A stretch of 63,825 nucleotides of DNA, filler included, from an uncultured Methanosarcinales archaeon (GTDB lineage: Archaea > Nanobdellota > Nanobdellia > Woesearchaeales > DATDXC01), in the NCBI GenBank assembly GCA_964510025.1. It is 4 parts of 4 records of this genome, joined end to end, with 100 filler letters (N's around TTAATTAATTAA, not from the genome) between each part and the next. Parts side by side here need not be neighbours in the genome. Positions count along the whole stretch, not along the records: positions 28,191 to 53,148 come from CAZDZV010000018.1; 3 more parts are not named here. One strand, given 5' to 3'. The notes under the pieces are model-generated. The model saw only the letters and a program-made list of their open reading frames with translations, was not told the origin of the DNA and did not search any database. Positions 38,113 through 46,904 of the stretch are shown here, in pieces (position 1 is the first letter of the stretch; every line of letters begins with the position of its first letter). The translations under genes were made by a program, and so were the position numbers.

Positions 38113-38727
38113 TCAGTCTTCCTTGATCTCTTCAGCCCTGCCTTTGTTTACCAGCACATCAGCGATTTTTGCCGGCAAGGAAGCCATATCCTGCTCTTCA
38201 AAGGGCCCGAACTCCTCCCCCTCAAGGCCTACAAACTTCGGAACAGCATGCTTGAATATGATCATTTTTGTGGGTTTTTGCTTTATCTCATGCTTATTTT
38301 CAGGCTGGATAGGTCTCCCGTTGATCAGCTTCACCAGGATCTCCTCCCGATATTTGTCTAAACTATCCACAAGGGACCCGAAAAGTCCTTTCTCTGCATC
38401 CAGAAAAGCAGAATTGTCTATAAGCTCAGACTTTGTCCTGCTCTTATCGATCGCCATATTGACTATCTTCTTTTCCCTTCTTTCATAAAGTTCCCTTAAA
38501 ATCTTCTTGATGTTTATCAGCTGCTTCTCTGTCTTTTGCTTCTCTTCTTCAGAAAAAAGCTCCTGCTGCTCTTTTTGCAGCAGTTTCTGTTTTTCGCCTA
38601 TATAAGATACTACATCCTCATAGAATGTCTTGTCCAGGGGTTGAAGGTCCAGCTTGTCTTTCTCCCTTCTCAGCAGGTCGAAAAGGGATTCATAGGTTAT
38701 GATAACGTTTTTATCTTCTTCTCCCAT
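38113..38727 (-). CDS. GINS complex subunit (Gins15/Gins51 type)
   Basis: ITYESLFDLLRREK...LQPLDKTFY, LYERREKKIV, VPKFVGLEGEEFGPF, ADVLVNKGRA. Confidence 0.85.
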   Translation of the reverse strand: MGEEDKNVIITYESLFDLLRREKDKLDLQPLDKTFYEDVVSYIGEKQKLLQKEQQELFSEEEKQKTEKQLINIKKILRELYERREKKIVNMAIDKSRTKSELIDNSAFLDAEKGLFGSLVDSLDKYREEILVKLINGRPIQPENKHEIKQKPTKMIIFKHAVPKFVGLEGEEFGPFEEQDMASLPAKIADVLVNKGRAEEIKED

Positions 38728-38805
38728 ATCATCTGAGAGTAAAAACATATATTTAAATGTTGGCAAACAAAAGCTTTTTATAGTTCTTTATGCAGAGTCA
38801 GCGCT

Positions 38806-39381
38806 ATGGGATTAAAATGCCTGCTATTGATTCTGACGCTATTCATTATAGGCTGCAGCGTTCCTGATGTCACGGAAGCACCGATCGACATGCAGCCTGC
38901 TGTGGAAAACACGTCAGAGCCGCCGGAGAATATTGTCGTAGAGGTGGATGAGCAGCAAGAAGCAAAGCCGGTTGAGAATATTGTGTTCATCAAGACAGGC
39001 TCCTTCTCCCCTGAAAACATGACGATATATAAGGGTGAAAGCATAACCTGGGTAGCAAGCGTTGATAAGATTTCTAAAAACCAGCCCAGAAAGATTGCCT
39101 GCTACAAGGAAGGATACAGGATATATCTTGGAGAAAGACTGATTGAAAATGGCCAGAAAAGCGAATTCACATTTGATGAGCCTGGAGAATACCTTTGCCA
39201 GGAGTTCATTTATGGGCTTAGGGGAAACATCAAGGTTAAGTCATTTGAACGGCCTCAGATAGTTGGATCCTTTATAGATGTTGCAGGTGGGGCAGGCAGC
39301 GGTCTTTCATTTGCTGTTTTTGTCATGATAATGGTATTTCTTGGGATCTACCTCAAGAGAAAGAAGCTTATTCTGATATAG
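38806..39381 (+). CDS. Membrane-anchored cupredoxin-like protein lacking the canonical Cu ligands
   Basis: IIGC lipobox; FSPENMTIYKGESITW; FTFDEPGEY...GNIKV; C-terminal TM and basic tail. Confidence 0.72.
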   Translation: MGLKCLLLILTLFIIGCSVPDVTEAPIDMQPAVENTSEPPENIVVEVDEQQEAKPVENIVFIKTGSFSPENMTIYKGESITWVASVDKISKNQPRKIACYKEGYRIYLGERLIENGQKSEFTFDEPGEYLCQEFIYGLRGNIKVKSFERPQIVGSFIDVAGGAGSGLSFAVFVMIMVFLGIYLKRKKLILI

Positions 39382-39383
39382 AA

Positions 39384-39584
39384 CGCCGTGGCCCGGACTT
39401 TCAGTCCGGAGGCAGCTGCCTCCGCAAGTTTGAATTTCCCCAGCATTTGTCGACCAGTGGAAGATTGTTGCCGGACACAAAAGCTGTCCGGGATATCCTT
39501 TCGGAAACGGGCTCTCAAGGCCCGCGCAGTACCAGATTGCACCCGAGTGAAATGCGCCTTCATCTCGCGTTGTGCCACCACGGC
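39384..39584 (-). tRNA. tRNA-Ser(UGA) with three introns (15/16, 53/54, 59/60); exons 39584-39570, 39536-39488, 39434-39429, 39397-39384
   Basis: The spliced 84-nt sequence GCCGUGGUGGCACAAUCUGGUACUGCGCGGGCCUUGAGAGCCCGUUUCCGAAAGGAUAUCCCGGUUCAAAUCCGGGCCACGGCG folds with a 7-bp acceptor stem, G73, anticodon UGA, long variable arm and UUCAAAU T-loop. Each intron is bounded by a 4-bp helix with 3-nt bulges. TTTATAAA lies ~25 nt upstream. Confidence 0.9.
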
Positions 39585-39598
39585 ATGATTTAGGATAT

Positions 39599-40354
39599 TC
39601 AAGAATTCTTTATAAACTTTATTATAGCTTTGCTGAAACCGAGCGGACCTTTTTCGCTGATCTTGGTTAGTTCTGATTTGATGTATTTGCCGTCATATTG
39701 CCTTACCAGGTAAGCCTCGTCAACAACCGCCAGCATCGAAAGGTCTGCTGACGAATCTCCAACCGCCAGTGTTGTTATTTCCCCGTACTTTTTCCTGTAT
39801 AGTTGCTGCAGCTTTTTCACAGCTTTCCCCTTATCATTGCCCTTCATGATATAGTGGAAGTAAAATCCTTTAGTATATTCCGCACCTTTGATCCTCTTTG
39901 CGATATCCTTCACTTCCGTCACAAAGGGCAGGCTGTACTTCCGCTTCATCGCCATAATGGCCTGCCCTATTGGTAACCCGGTGATATCTGCAACCCTTTT
40001 GACGCCCAGGTCAGCCATATGCCTGATATCTTCATTTTTCAGATATTTCTTTAGTTTCTCTACTGTGACTCCCAGTTCGATAACATAATATCTGTCTGTT
40101 TCCATGCCATAGCGGAACTGAAAATCAAAATATCCTTTGGGTATATATATGGCTCCTCCGTTCTCTGTGATAAACGGATCATTTATCCCCATTTTTCTCT
40201 GCCAAAACTCTGTCTCTTCTTTGGTCTTCGACGTGCAGAAAACAAGGGGGATCTTTTTCCTTTTTATAAGCTGTAACGCAGGTTTAGCTCCCTCAAATGA
40301 ATAGTCCCTGTCAAGCAATGTGCCATCCAGATCGGTAAATATAATCCTTTGCAT
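39599..40354 (-). CDS. mpgP: Glucosyl/mannosyl-3-phosphoglycerate phosphatase (HAD IIB)
   Basis: FTDLDGTLL, CTSKT, PFITENGGAIYIP, DKGKAV, GDSSADLSML; adjacent to gpgS. Confidence 0.88.
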   Translation of the reverse strand: MQRIIFTDLDGTLLDRDYSFEGAKPALQLIKRKKIPLVFCTSKTKEETEFWQRKMGINDPFITENGGAIYIPKGYFDFQFRYGMETDRYYVIELGVTVEKLKKYLKNEDIRHMADLGVKRVADITGLPIGQAIMAMKRKYSLPFVTEVKDIAKRIKGAEYTKGFYFHYIMKGNDKGKAVKKLQQLYRKKYGEITTLAVGDSSADLSMLAVVDEAYLVRQYDGKYIKSELTKISEKGPLGFSKAIIKFIKNS

Positions 40355-41346
40355 TATGTATAGAACCAGGAAGGGTCTTTTTTAAACTTTTTCCTGTACT
40401 GCCTGACTGTGATCATTGGCGGCCTTTGCACATCAGAGATATATTTCTTCTTGATGGTGTAGTTTCCGTCATCTCTCTCTATAATCCTGTACTTCTTCCT
40501 GATATTTCTCACCAGGACGAGTTTGCCTAATGTGTTCGCTCTTTTTGCAAAAACCTGCATTATAGCAAATGCCATGTTGCTAAGGCTGGACAGCTCCTGA
40601 TTCCTGTGGATCCTTCGGTACAGATCAACCTGGGCGATCGATTTCAGGCCGAACTTCTTCACCAGGTCAATGAGCATTGCTGTCTCAACTCCATAACCGG
40701 TAAAATATGGCAGCCTTTCCAGCGTTTTTCTCCTGCCGGCGCCTTCTCCGCTTAAGGGTTGGATAAAGCCGCTCAGCCTAGGAAAGAAAAGGTTGAACAG
40801 TGGCCTTATTGTCAGCTCAGTTACTCTGCCGCCGCCAAGAGGCTGCAGCCTATCCCCGAGCTTAAGCGGCCTTTTATAGAATGGCTTGACAAACCGGATC
40901 TTCTTATGGGTAAGCAGAGGCCCTACCAGCCCATATACAAATCTTGGATGCATGTTCTTTATATCTGCATCCACCCAGCAGATGATGTCTCCTTTCAGCA
41001 CGTAGAGGGCTTTCCAAAGATTTTCTCCTTTGCCGCGGTGGTTGCCCTGCCTCTTCAGGATATTGGAGGAAAGGTAAACTTCAGCCCCTGCTTCTTTTGC
41101 TATCTCTCTTGTCTTGTCTGTAGAGCCTGAATCCATGACAACAATCTCATCCAGAAGCTTGTATTTGTCCATCAGGGATCCCTTAAGGATTGTGACGATG
41201 TTCCTTATAGTGGCCTCTTCATTATATGTCGGGATGCATAGGCTTATCTTCAGCTTCTGCTGCTTCTTCAGGCTCACAAGCCTCTTTACATTAGAGAAAC
41301 TCTTATACTTGAACCGGTTCTTGTGGAACCACTCCTCAACATTCAA
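40354..41346 (-). CDS. gpgS: Glucosyl-3-phosphoglycerate synthase (GT81)
   Basis: IPTYNEEATI, DSGSTD, GKGENLW, DAD, GGGRVTEL, QPLSGE, GYGVE, HRNQEL. Confidence 0.9.
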   Translation of the reverse strand: MNVEEWFHKNRFKYKSFSNVKRLVSLKKQQKLKISLCIPTYNEEATIRNIVTILKGSLMDKYKLLDEIVVMDSGSTDKTREIAKEAGAEVYLSSNILKRQGNHRGKGENLWKALYVLKGDIICWVDADIKNMHPRFVYGLVGPLLTHKKIRFVKPFYKRPLKLGDRLQPLGGGRVTELTIRPLFNLFFPRLSGFIQPLSGEGAGRRKTLERLPYFTGYGVETAMLIDLVKKFGLKSIAQVDLYRRIHRNQELSSLSNMAFAIMQVFAKRANTLGKLVLVRNIRKKYRIIERDDGNYTIKKKYISDVQRPPMITVRQYRKKFKKDPSWFYT

Positions 41347-41443
41347 CCATAACACCCCAGATAGGGAAAATTGCCTGTGTTCATTTATATAGTTTTCGAA
41401 AAAAATAGCAAATTATTTATATCATATACCCGAAACATTTGAT

Positions 41444-42646
41444 ATGAGGATAGGAGTGGTTCATTGGGCGTTTCTTCCGTTCATAGGGGGGGTTGAAAGT
41501 CATCTGGCTGCAGTATATCCTGAGATTGTAAAGCTCGGAGATAAGGTGCACCTCCTGACAGGCCCTTATCCTGGTTCGCCAGCCAAAGGCATGTTCAAGG
41601 GTATGGTTATAGAGAGGGTGAGGCAGCTGCTGCCTTCTGCTATAAAAAACTGGGACAGTAAAAGAAGGACAGAGGAGGCATCAAGATTATTTAGGGGATT
41701 TATTGACAAATTTCAGCCTGATATTGTGCATGCCCATAATTTACATCTTAACTTTCCAGAATATTCAAAAGCCCTCATCAAAGCTTGCAGATCTGAGAAT
41801 ATCCCGGTTATGCTGGTCCTGCATAACGATTATTTCAAGCACAACAGCAAGAAAATTACTGATAAGATTGTCAGCCTGGACTGGGACAAGCTTGTCTGCA
41901 TCAGCAAATATCTCCGCAAAGTCACTCTTGATGTGCATAGGAATGCGGGCTCGAAATGCACAGTCATAGCTCACGGCATTGATCTGGACAACTACAGGCC
42001 TTTGCCTGCAGGACAAAAAAGCAAAGTGAAAAAGAGGCTGGGTCTTTCAGGAAAAAAAGTGATATTTCTTCCTGCGAAGATAATCGAGAAAAAAGGGGCA
42101 CTGCAGGCTGTTAAGGCTATGAAGCAGGTTATCAAAGTATTTCCAGATGCCGTCCTGGTCCTAAAAAAGACCGGCTCATGGATAACAAGCAAAGGAGCTA
42201 CAGACAGGTATGTGAAAAAGGTGCTTAAGCAGGTCCATGATGGAGGCCTTGAAAACAATATACAGACCATCGACAAATATCTGCCGCTTAAGCAGCTGTC
42301 ACAATATTATGCTATAGCTGACATAGTCATTAATCCAAGTGTCTATATACCAGAGCCATTTGGCCTGGTGCCGGTGGAAGGGATGGCCTGCGGGACACCT
42401 GTGATAGTAACCAAAAGCGGAGGCCTGGTTGAATCTGTGGTAGACAACCAGACAGGCTATATCATCTCAGGCGACCCCAGAAAAATCCCTAAAGAGTTAG
42501 CCTCCAGGATAGTATACTTGTTAAAGAACGGCAAAAAAAGGGAGAGGATGGGCAAAGCAGCGGTGAAAAGGATGAGAAGCTTGTTTGACAAGAAAAGGAT
42601 GGCAAAGGATTTATTGGAACTGTCTCGAAAACTAATGCATATTTAA
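41444..42646 (+). CDS. GT4-family glycosyltransferase
   Basis: GGVESH, PDIVHAHN, HGID, KKG, EPFGLVPVEGMACGTPVI. Confidence 0.9.
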   Translation: MRIGVVHWAFLPFIGGVESHLAAVYPEIVKLGDKVHLLTGPYPGSPAKGMFKGMVIERVRQLLPSAIKNWDSKRRTEEASRLFRGFIDKFQPDIVHAHNLHLNFPEYSKALIKACRSENIPVMLVLHNDYFKHNSKKITDKIVSLDWDKLVCISKYLRKVTLDVHRNAGSKCTVIAHGIDLDNYRPLPAGQKSKVKKRLGLSGKKVIFLPAKIIEKKGALQAVKAMKQVIKVFPDAVLVLKKTGSWITSKGATDRYVKKVLKQVHDGGLENNIQTIDKYLPLKQLSQYYAIADIVINPSVYIPEPFGLVPVEGMACGTPVIVTKSGGLVESVVDNQTGYIISGDPRKIPKELASRIVYLLKNGKKRERMGKAAVKRMRSLFDKKRMAKDLLELSRKLMHI

Positions 42647-42728
42647 CTGGCCTTTTTTTGCACATCCGGTAGGCATAATCCGCGACGAAAAACAAAATTT
42701 TATATATGATTAATCCCCAAAACACCAT

Positions 42729-43880
42729 ATGAATGATATTGTGCTGGGAATCCCGTCATTCAATGAGCAAGACTCTATCTCGCACGTTGTGAAGCAGATT
42801 GACAGGTCATTGAAAGTCAATTTCAAAAATAAGAAAGCGATGATCATATGCGTTGACGGCGGCTCGACAGATAAGACAGCATCTGTTTTTCTGAGCACTA
42901 GAACAAAAACAGAGAAGCTTGTTGTGCAGACAGCTCCTGAAAAAAAAGGCAAGGGCAACGGGCTAAAAAAATTCTTTGACTATGCTTCAGAAGCACAGGC
43001 AGCAGCAATAAATGACGCTGACCTGAAGAGCATCAATCCAAAATGGGTAAAGCTTCAGCTGGATGCCATACTCAAAAAGAAGTATGATTATGCTACGCCT
43101 TACTATTCAAGATACAAATATGACGGCACGATAACAAACAACATCTGCTACCCTCTCATCAAATCCGTCTTTGGATATGATATAAGGCAGCCTATAGGCG
43201 GAGATTTTGCATTTTCAGGAAAACTGGCACAATACTGGAAAAAGGCATTCTGGCCTGTGAATGCCCGCCTGTTCGGCATCGATATTTTCATGACAACCAA
43301 TGCTGTTCTAGGGAATTTCAGGCTTTGCCAGCTTAATCTGGGGGCAAAGATACATCGGGCAAAGGATCCGGCCCTGACCCTGGAGCCCATGTTTCGGCAG
43401 GTTGTAAGCACCTTATTCAAGCTCATAATCGAGAACAAGAATTTCCTGAAAAAAGTAAAAAAGATACGGAAGACCCCTATCCTCGGAGCTAAGATAAAGA
43501 AAAAGCCAAAACCCATAAAGGTAAATCTACAGAAGATGCAGGAAAGGTTTATCAACGGCTTTAAGCAGCATTATAGGTCTATGAAACAAAGCCTTTCAAA
43601 GGAAGATTACCACAGCATCAAGATGATGGCCCACTCTGGAAAGATATATGTTCCAGCTGAATTCTGGGCAAAGCTTGTATTTGACCACATAATTGCCTAC
43701 AAGAAAAACGAGAAGAACAGCAGCACCGTATTGAGGAGTTTCGTGCCTTTATGGTTTGCCAGGACATACACATTTGTCAAAGAGACAGAAGATATGCCAA
43801 ACGACAAGGCAGAAAAGCTCATAGAAAAACAGGCAGATGACTTTTTCAGGCAGAGGGATTATCTGATAAGAAGCATATAG
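42729..43880 (+). CDS. Glucosylglycerate/mannosylglycerate synthase-like GT-A enzyme (Ggs/Mgs type)
   Basis: GIPSFNE, DGGSTD, GKG, DADLKSI, RYKYDGTITN, IRQPIGGDF, FGIDIFMT, KIHRAKDP...MFRQVV. Confidence 0.82.
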   Translation: MNDIVLGIPSFNEQDSISHVVKQIDRSLKVNFKNKKAMIICVDGGSTDKTASVFLSTRTKTEKLVVQTAPEKKGKGNGLKKFFDYASEAQAAAINDADLKSINPKWVKLQLDAILKKKYDYATPYYSRYKYDGTITNNICYPLIKSVFGYDIRQPIGGDFAFSGKLAQYWKKAFWPVNARLFGIDIFMTTNAVLGNFRLCQLNLGAKIHRAKDPALTLEPMFRQVVSTLFKLIIENKNFLKKVKKIRKTPILGAKIKKKPKPIKVNLQKMQERFINGFKQHYRSMKQSLSKEDYHSIKMMAHSGKIYVPAEFWAKLVFDHIIAYKKNEKNSSTVLRSFVPLWFARTYTFVKETEDMPNDKAEKLIEKQADDFFRQRDYLIRSI

Positions 43881-43881
43881 C

Positions 43882-45726
43882 TTATATCTGCGATGCGGCT
43901 TTTTGCATGCCTGCATGCATTTGCACATATATTTCTTTAATTTCAGACAGCATAGGCAAAGGTATATTATGCTCTGTAAAGATTGCGTAGGCATTTCCTA
44001 GAGGGAGAATCTTGCCCTGGCCTTTACTAGGAACATCTGGGACAAAACCCTTGACTTCTTTGTAACGTGCTCCCCGCTTGAGTATCTGAAGAAATAAAGA
44101 TAAATCAAAACCATATTGCGGCACGACCAAGGCATCTTGAACAGCAGATGCTCTGAATGCCTGAAAACCTGTCTGGGCTTTGTTTGTCCACGGAAACTTC
44201 GGGAGGATATACAGAAGGTTATATGCGATGTTATCTGTGCTTCTAAGATTGGCAGGAAAGCCCATAGGATCCCATACTGACCTGACAACATCTGCTTTGC
44301 CATCTATGATGGGCTTGCTGAGATTATACATCCATTGGACAATCTGATCCCTGGGATTTCTAGTATCTGTATCGAATTTCAAAATCACGTTTTTCTTTAG
44401 AGACCAGGGAGTGCTGGCCCTATAGCCGGTCGACATGGCAAAGCCAATTCCCTGTCTTGTTTCCTTTAGAACTCTTACACCTGTAGAAAGAGCTGCTTGA
44501 TATGAATTATCCTGCGAATTGTTATCAATCACTATTATTTCAGATTTGATGCCTTGCTTGCCGATAATACTGCAGAACTCTTTTGCACATTCAATCACAT
44601 GTACCACTCTTGGCCCTTCATTATAGCACGGTAGAAGAACAGTGACCAAGGTCTCCCTGGTTGTTGTTGTTCCTTTCCGCAATACCAGTTTTCCGTAAAA
44701 TCCGCTGACTGTCAAATCGATAGCTTCTACTACTGCCCCGTATGGGGTGCATTCCATCAGTGCAAGTATGCTCTTCTTACCTTCATCATTAGCTTCGGAA
44801 AAAGCCCCTGCAAGCAGGAAGAAAACCAAATCCTCAGGTTTTTTTAGCAGCTCCGCTAGACTATATCCGATACGGTAATGATTAAGTCTTCTTGCCAGGT
44901 ACCTTTTTTTGGAGGTTATCGACGTTTTTGTGATATTCTCTGATTTTACTCCGCTTGGCAACAAACCGGGTTCTGCAAATGATGCAGCCTCTAGATGCCT
45001 GGCAAGAGTGTAGCTTCCCTGCACAATAACCGTCTGTCTGAAGTCATCAATAATCTTCCGCTTTCCACTCTCGATTCTAGCCCGGAATTCCAGCTTGTGA
45101 AACAATTCTTGTGCAAACTGGTTCAAGGTTTCCATCAAATACCCCTCTTTCATCAGGTAATACTGCTCTTCTCCCGTAGCAGGCAGGATAACTTGCTCCC
45201 CCTCAACTAAATCACGAAACCATCCTTTTTCAGCAGTCCTTTTTTGCTGGTTCTCCAGGATATCCTCCAGTCTCTCAAGAAATATTTCAAAATCCATTAA
45301 AAAGCTGTTTTCTCTCATTTCTTTACGCACAAATGCTTTTTCTCCCGACAATGTTTCTCTAGCTGGCACAACAGGCAGCCGCATCCTGGCCCTTATCCTG
45401 TCACCTAGCCCATACATGACAATCTTCAGTAGATTCTCTTCTTTTTTATCTTGGGCTTTTATTTCCTTCACCAGTCTTAGCTGTTGTGAGACTATTTGAG
45501 GAATCCTCATAGAGATATAGCCTAGTTTCTGAAATTTGCCTGGCTTATTGGCCACTTTCTCAATTGTCTGCAGCAGTCTGCTTTTTTCATCGTATAAGGT
45601 AACAAACTTATGCAATAGCTGCAGTTCTGTATCAAGATCACGAAGAAATCTGGTTTGCCCCTTCCTAAAAACATCAGATGTCAGATTGAAATTTAAATCG
45701 GAAATTTTAGCAGCCGTCCACATCAC
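43882..45726 (-). CDS. Protein with a ~350-aa helical N-terminal region fused to a C-terminal GT2 domain
   Basis: C-terminal VLLPCYNE, IDNNSQD, QGIG, DTD, QTGFQAFR, YGFD. Confidence 0.72.
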   Translation of the reverse strand: MMWTAAKISDLNFNLTSDVFRKGQTRFLRDLDTELQLLHKFVTLYDEKSRLLQTIEKVANKPGKFQKLGYISMRIPQIVSQQLRLVKEIKAQDKKEENLLKIVMYGLGDRIRARMRLPVVPARETLSGEKAFVRKEMRENSFLMDFEIFLERLEDILENQQKRTAEKGWFRDLVEGEQVILPATGEEQYYLMKEGYLMETLNQFAQELFHKLEFRARIESGKRKIIDDFRQTVIVQGSYTLARHLEAASFAEPGLLPSGVKSENITKTSITSKKRYLARRLNHYRIGYSLAELLKKPEDLVFFLLAGAFSEANDEGKKSILALMECTPYGAVVEAIDLTVSGFYGKLVLRKGTTTTRETLVTVLLPCYNEGPRVVHVIECAKEFCSIIGKQGIKSEIIVIDNNSQDNSYQAALSTGVRVLKETRQGIGFAMSTGYRASTPWSLKKNVILKFDTDTRNPRDQIVQWMYNLSKPIIDGKADVVRSVWDPMGFPANLRSTDNIAYNLLYILPKFPWTNKAQTGFQAFRASAVQDALVVPQYGFDLSLFLQILKRGARYKEVKGFVPDVPSKGQGKILPLGNAYAIFTEHNIPLPMLSEIKEIYVQMHAGMQKAASQI

Positions 45727-46904
45727 CCTTCCTTAACCATAACCCCGATATCTGCCATGTTGCTGCCTGTCAATCCGGTGACTATCCGATCATTCATCTT
45801 CTTGAAGAAAGCATCTGTAGCGTTGTTCTCTTGGTAGTAGTTTATGTCAAGTTTCAGTTTCCTTGATCTTCTCAATGAATGCTCATCAGCTATTGCACCG
45901 GCTGCATCCGCGCTTCCGTCCTTTCCGTCCGTGCCTATCGATATAAGCGCACAGCTGTCGAACCTGGAGAGCTCTTCTATAGCGCCCAGCACAAATTCCT
46001 GGCTTCTTCCGCCTTTGCCCTTCCCGGTCAGCGTGACAGTAGTCTCCCCGGCGAAGAGCATGCAGTTATACCTGCTCTTCCTGAATAGCCCTGCTATCTT
46101 TTTTCCGGCAGCCCTTGCCTCGCCCCTTACCTTGCTGGAATATAGATATGGCCTGAGGCCCAGCTGTTCCGCCTTCTCTTTCATGGCAGACAGCGCAACT
46201 GTGTTGTTCAGGATTAATATATTGTCAGCTCCCTTGGCTGCGGTCGGGCCGGAAGCTATTGTAGCTAGATCGTCGCCGATCACATCAGAAAATATCAGAG
46301 ATACAATCTTCGCCTTCGTGAACCTGACCAGCTTGCCGCCCTTCACATGCGACAGCCGTTTCCTTATCTTGTTCAGCTCCTGTATTTCTATCCCGCTCTT
46401 GTAGCTTTCTTCAATTATCCTCAGGTAGCTCTTGAAGTCTATCTTTGGGTAGCACAATAAAGCGCTTCCTCCGCCTGAAACAAGGCAGAGAACAAGATTA
46501 TCCTTTTCCAGCTTCTCAAGCAGGGCTATCATCTTTTTGGTTGCAGAGATATTAGCACGGGAAGGCATAGGATGGGTGCCTTTTATGACCTCGATTTTTT
46601 TCAATTTTACTTTCTTGTTTGAGATTACAAGGCCGTCATCCACATCGAGAATTTTCTCGATCTCTTTAGCCATCAGCGAAGAGGCTTTTCCGAAGCCAAT
46701 CACTGTTATGCGCTTGTACCTGTCAAGGTTTATCTTGCTTACGCCGCCTTTAGCGTCCTCTATGAGCAGAAATTTTCCCATCCTTCTGACTTTCTTACGC
46801 ATGATCCTCTCTGTCTTTATTGCCTCTAGACCAGAATCAATTATGTTCATAGCCTTTCTTCTCGATGGATTCCTGCCCAATTCAGAATGATTTCTTATGT
46901 TCAT
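45723..46904 (-). CDS. Glycerate 2-kinase (MOFRL family)
   Basis: GFGKAS, HPMPS, SGGGSALL, VKGG, SDVIGDD...IASGPT, GETTV, GGRSQE, TDGKDG, TGSNMAD. Confidence 0.92.
   Translation of the reverse strand: MNIRNHSELGRNPSRRKAMNIIDSGLEAIKTERIMRKKVRRMGKFLLIEDAKGGVSKINLDRYKRITVIGFGKASSLMAKEIEKILDVDDGLVISNKKVKLKKIEVIKGTHPMPSRANISATKKMIALLEKLEKDNLVLCLVSGGGSALLCYPKIDFKSYLRIIEESYKSGIEIQELNKIRKRLSHVKGGKLVRFTKAKIVSLIFSDVIGDDLATIASGPTAAKGADNILILNNTVALSAMKEKAEQLGLRPYLYSSKVRGEARAAGKKIAGLFRKSRYNCMLFAGETTVTLTGKGKGGRSQEFVLGAIEELSRFDSCALISIGTDGKDGSADAAGAIADEHSLRRSRKLKLDINYYQENNATDAFFKKMNDRIVTGLTGSNMADIGVMVKEG

Noticed and set aside
39513..39519. Possible selenocysteine or opal-suppressor tRNA
   Set aside because: The anticodon on the coding (minus) strand is UGA, which reads the Ser codon UCA; it is not UCA, and the acceptor/T stems are standard 7/5
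39348..39602. ORFs 39388..39588 (+) and 39348..39602 (-); GAAAGTCCGGGC resembling RNase P RNA
   Set aside because: The whole GC-rich segment is explained base-for-base by an intron-containing tRNA-Ser; the other RNase P conserved regions were not found
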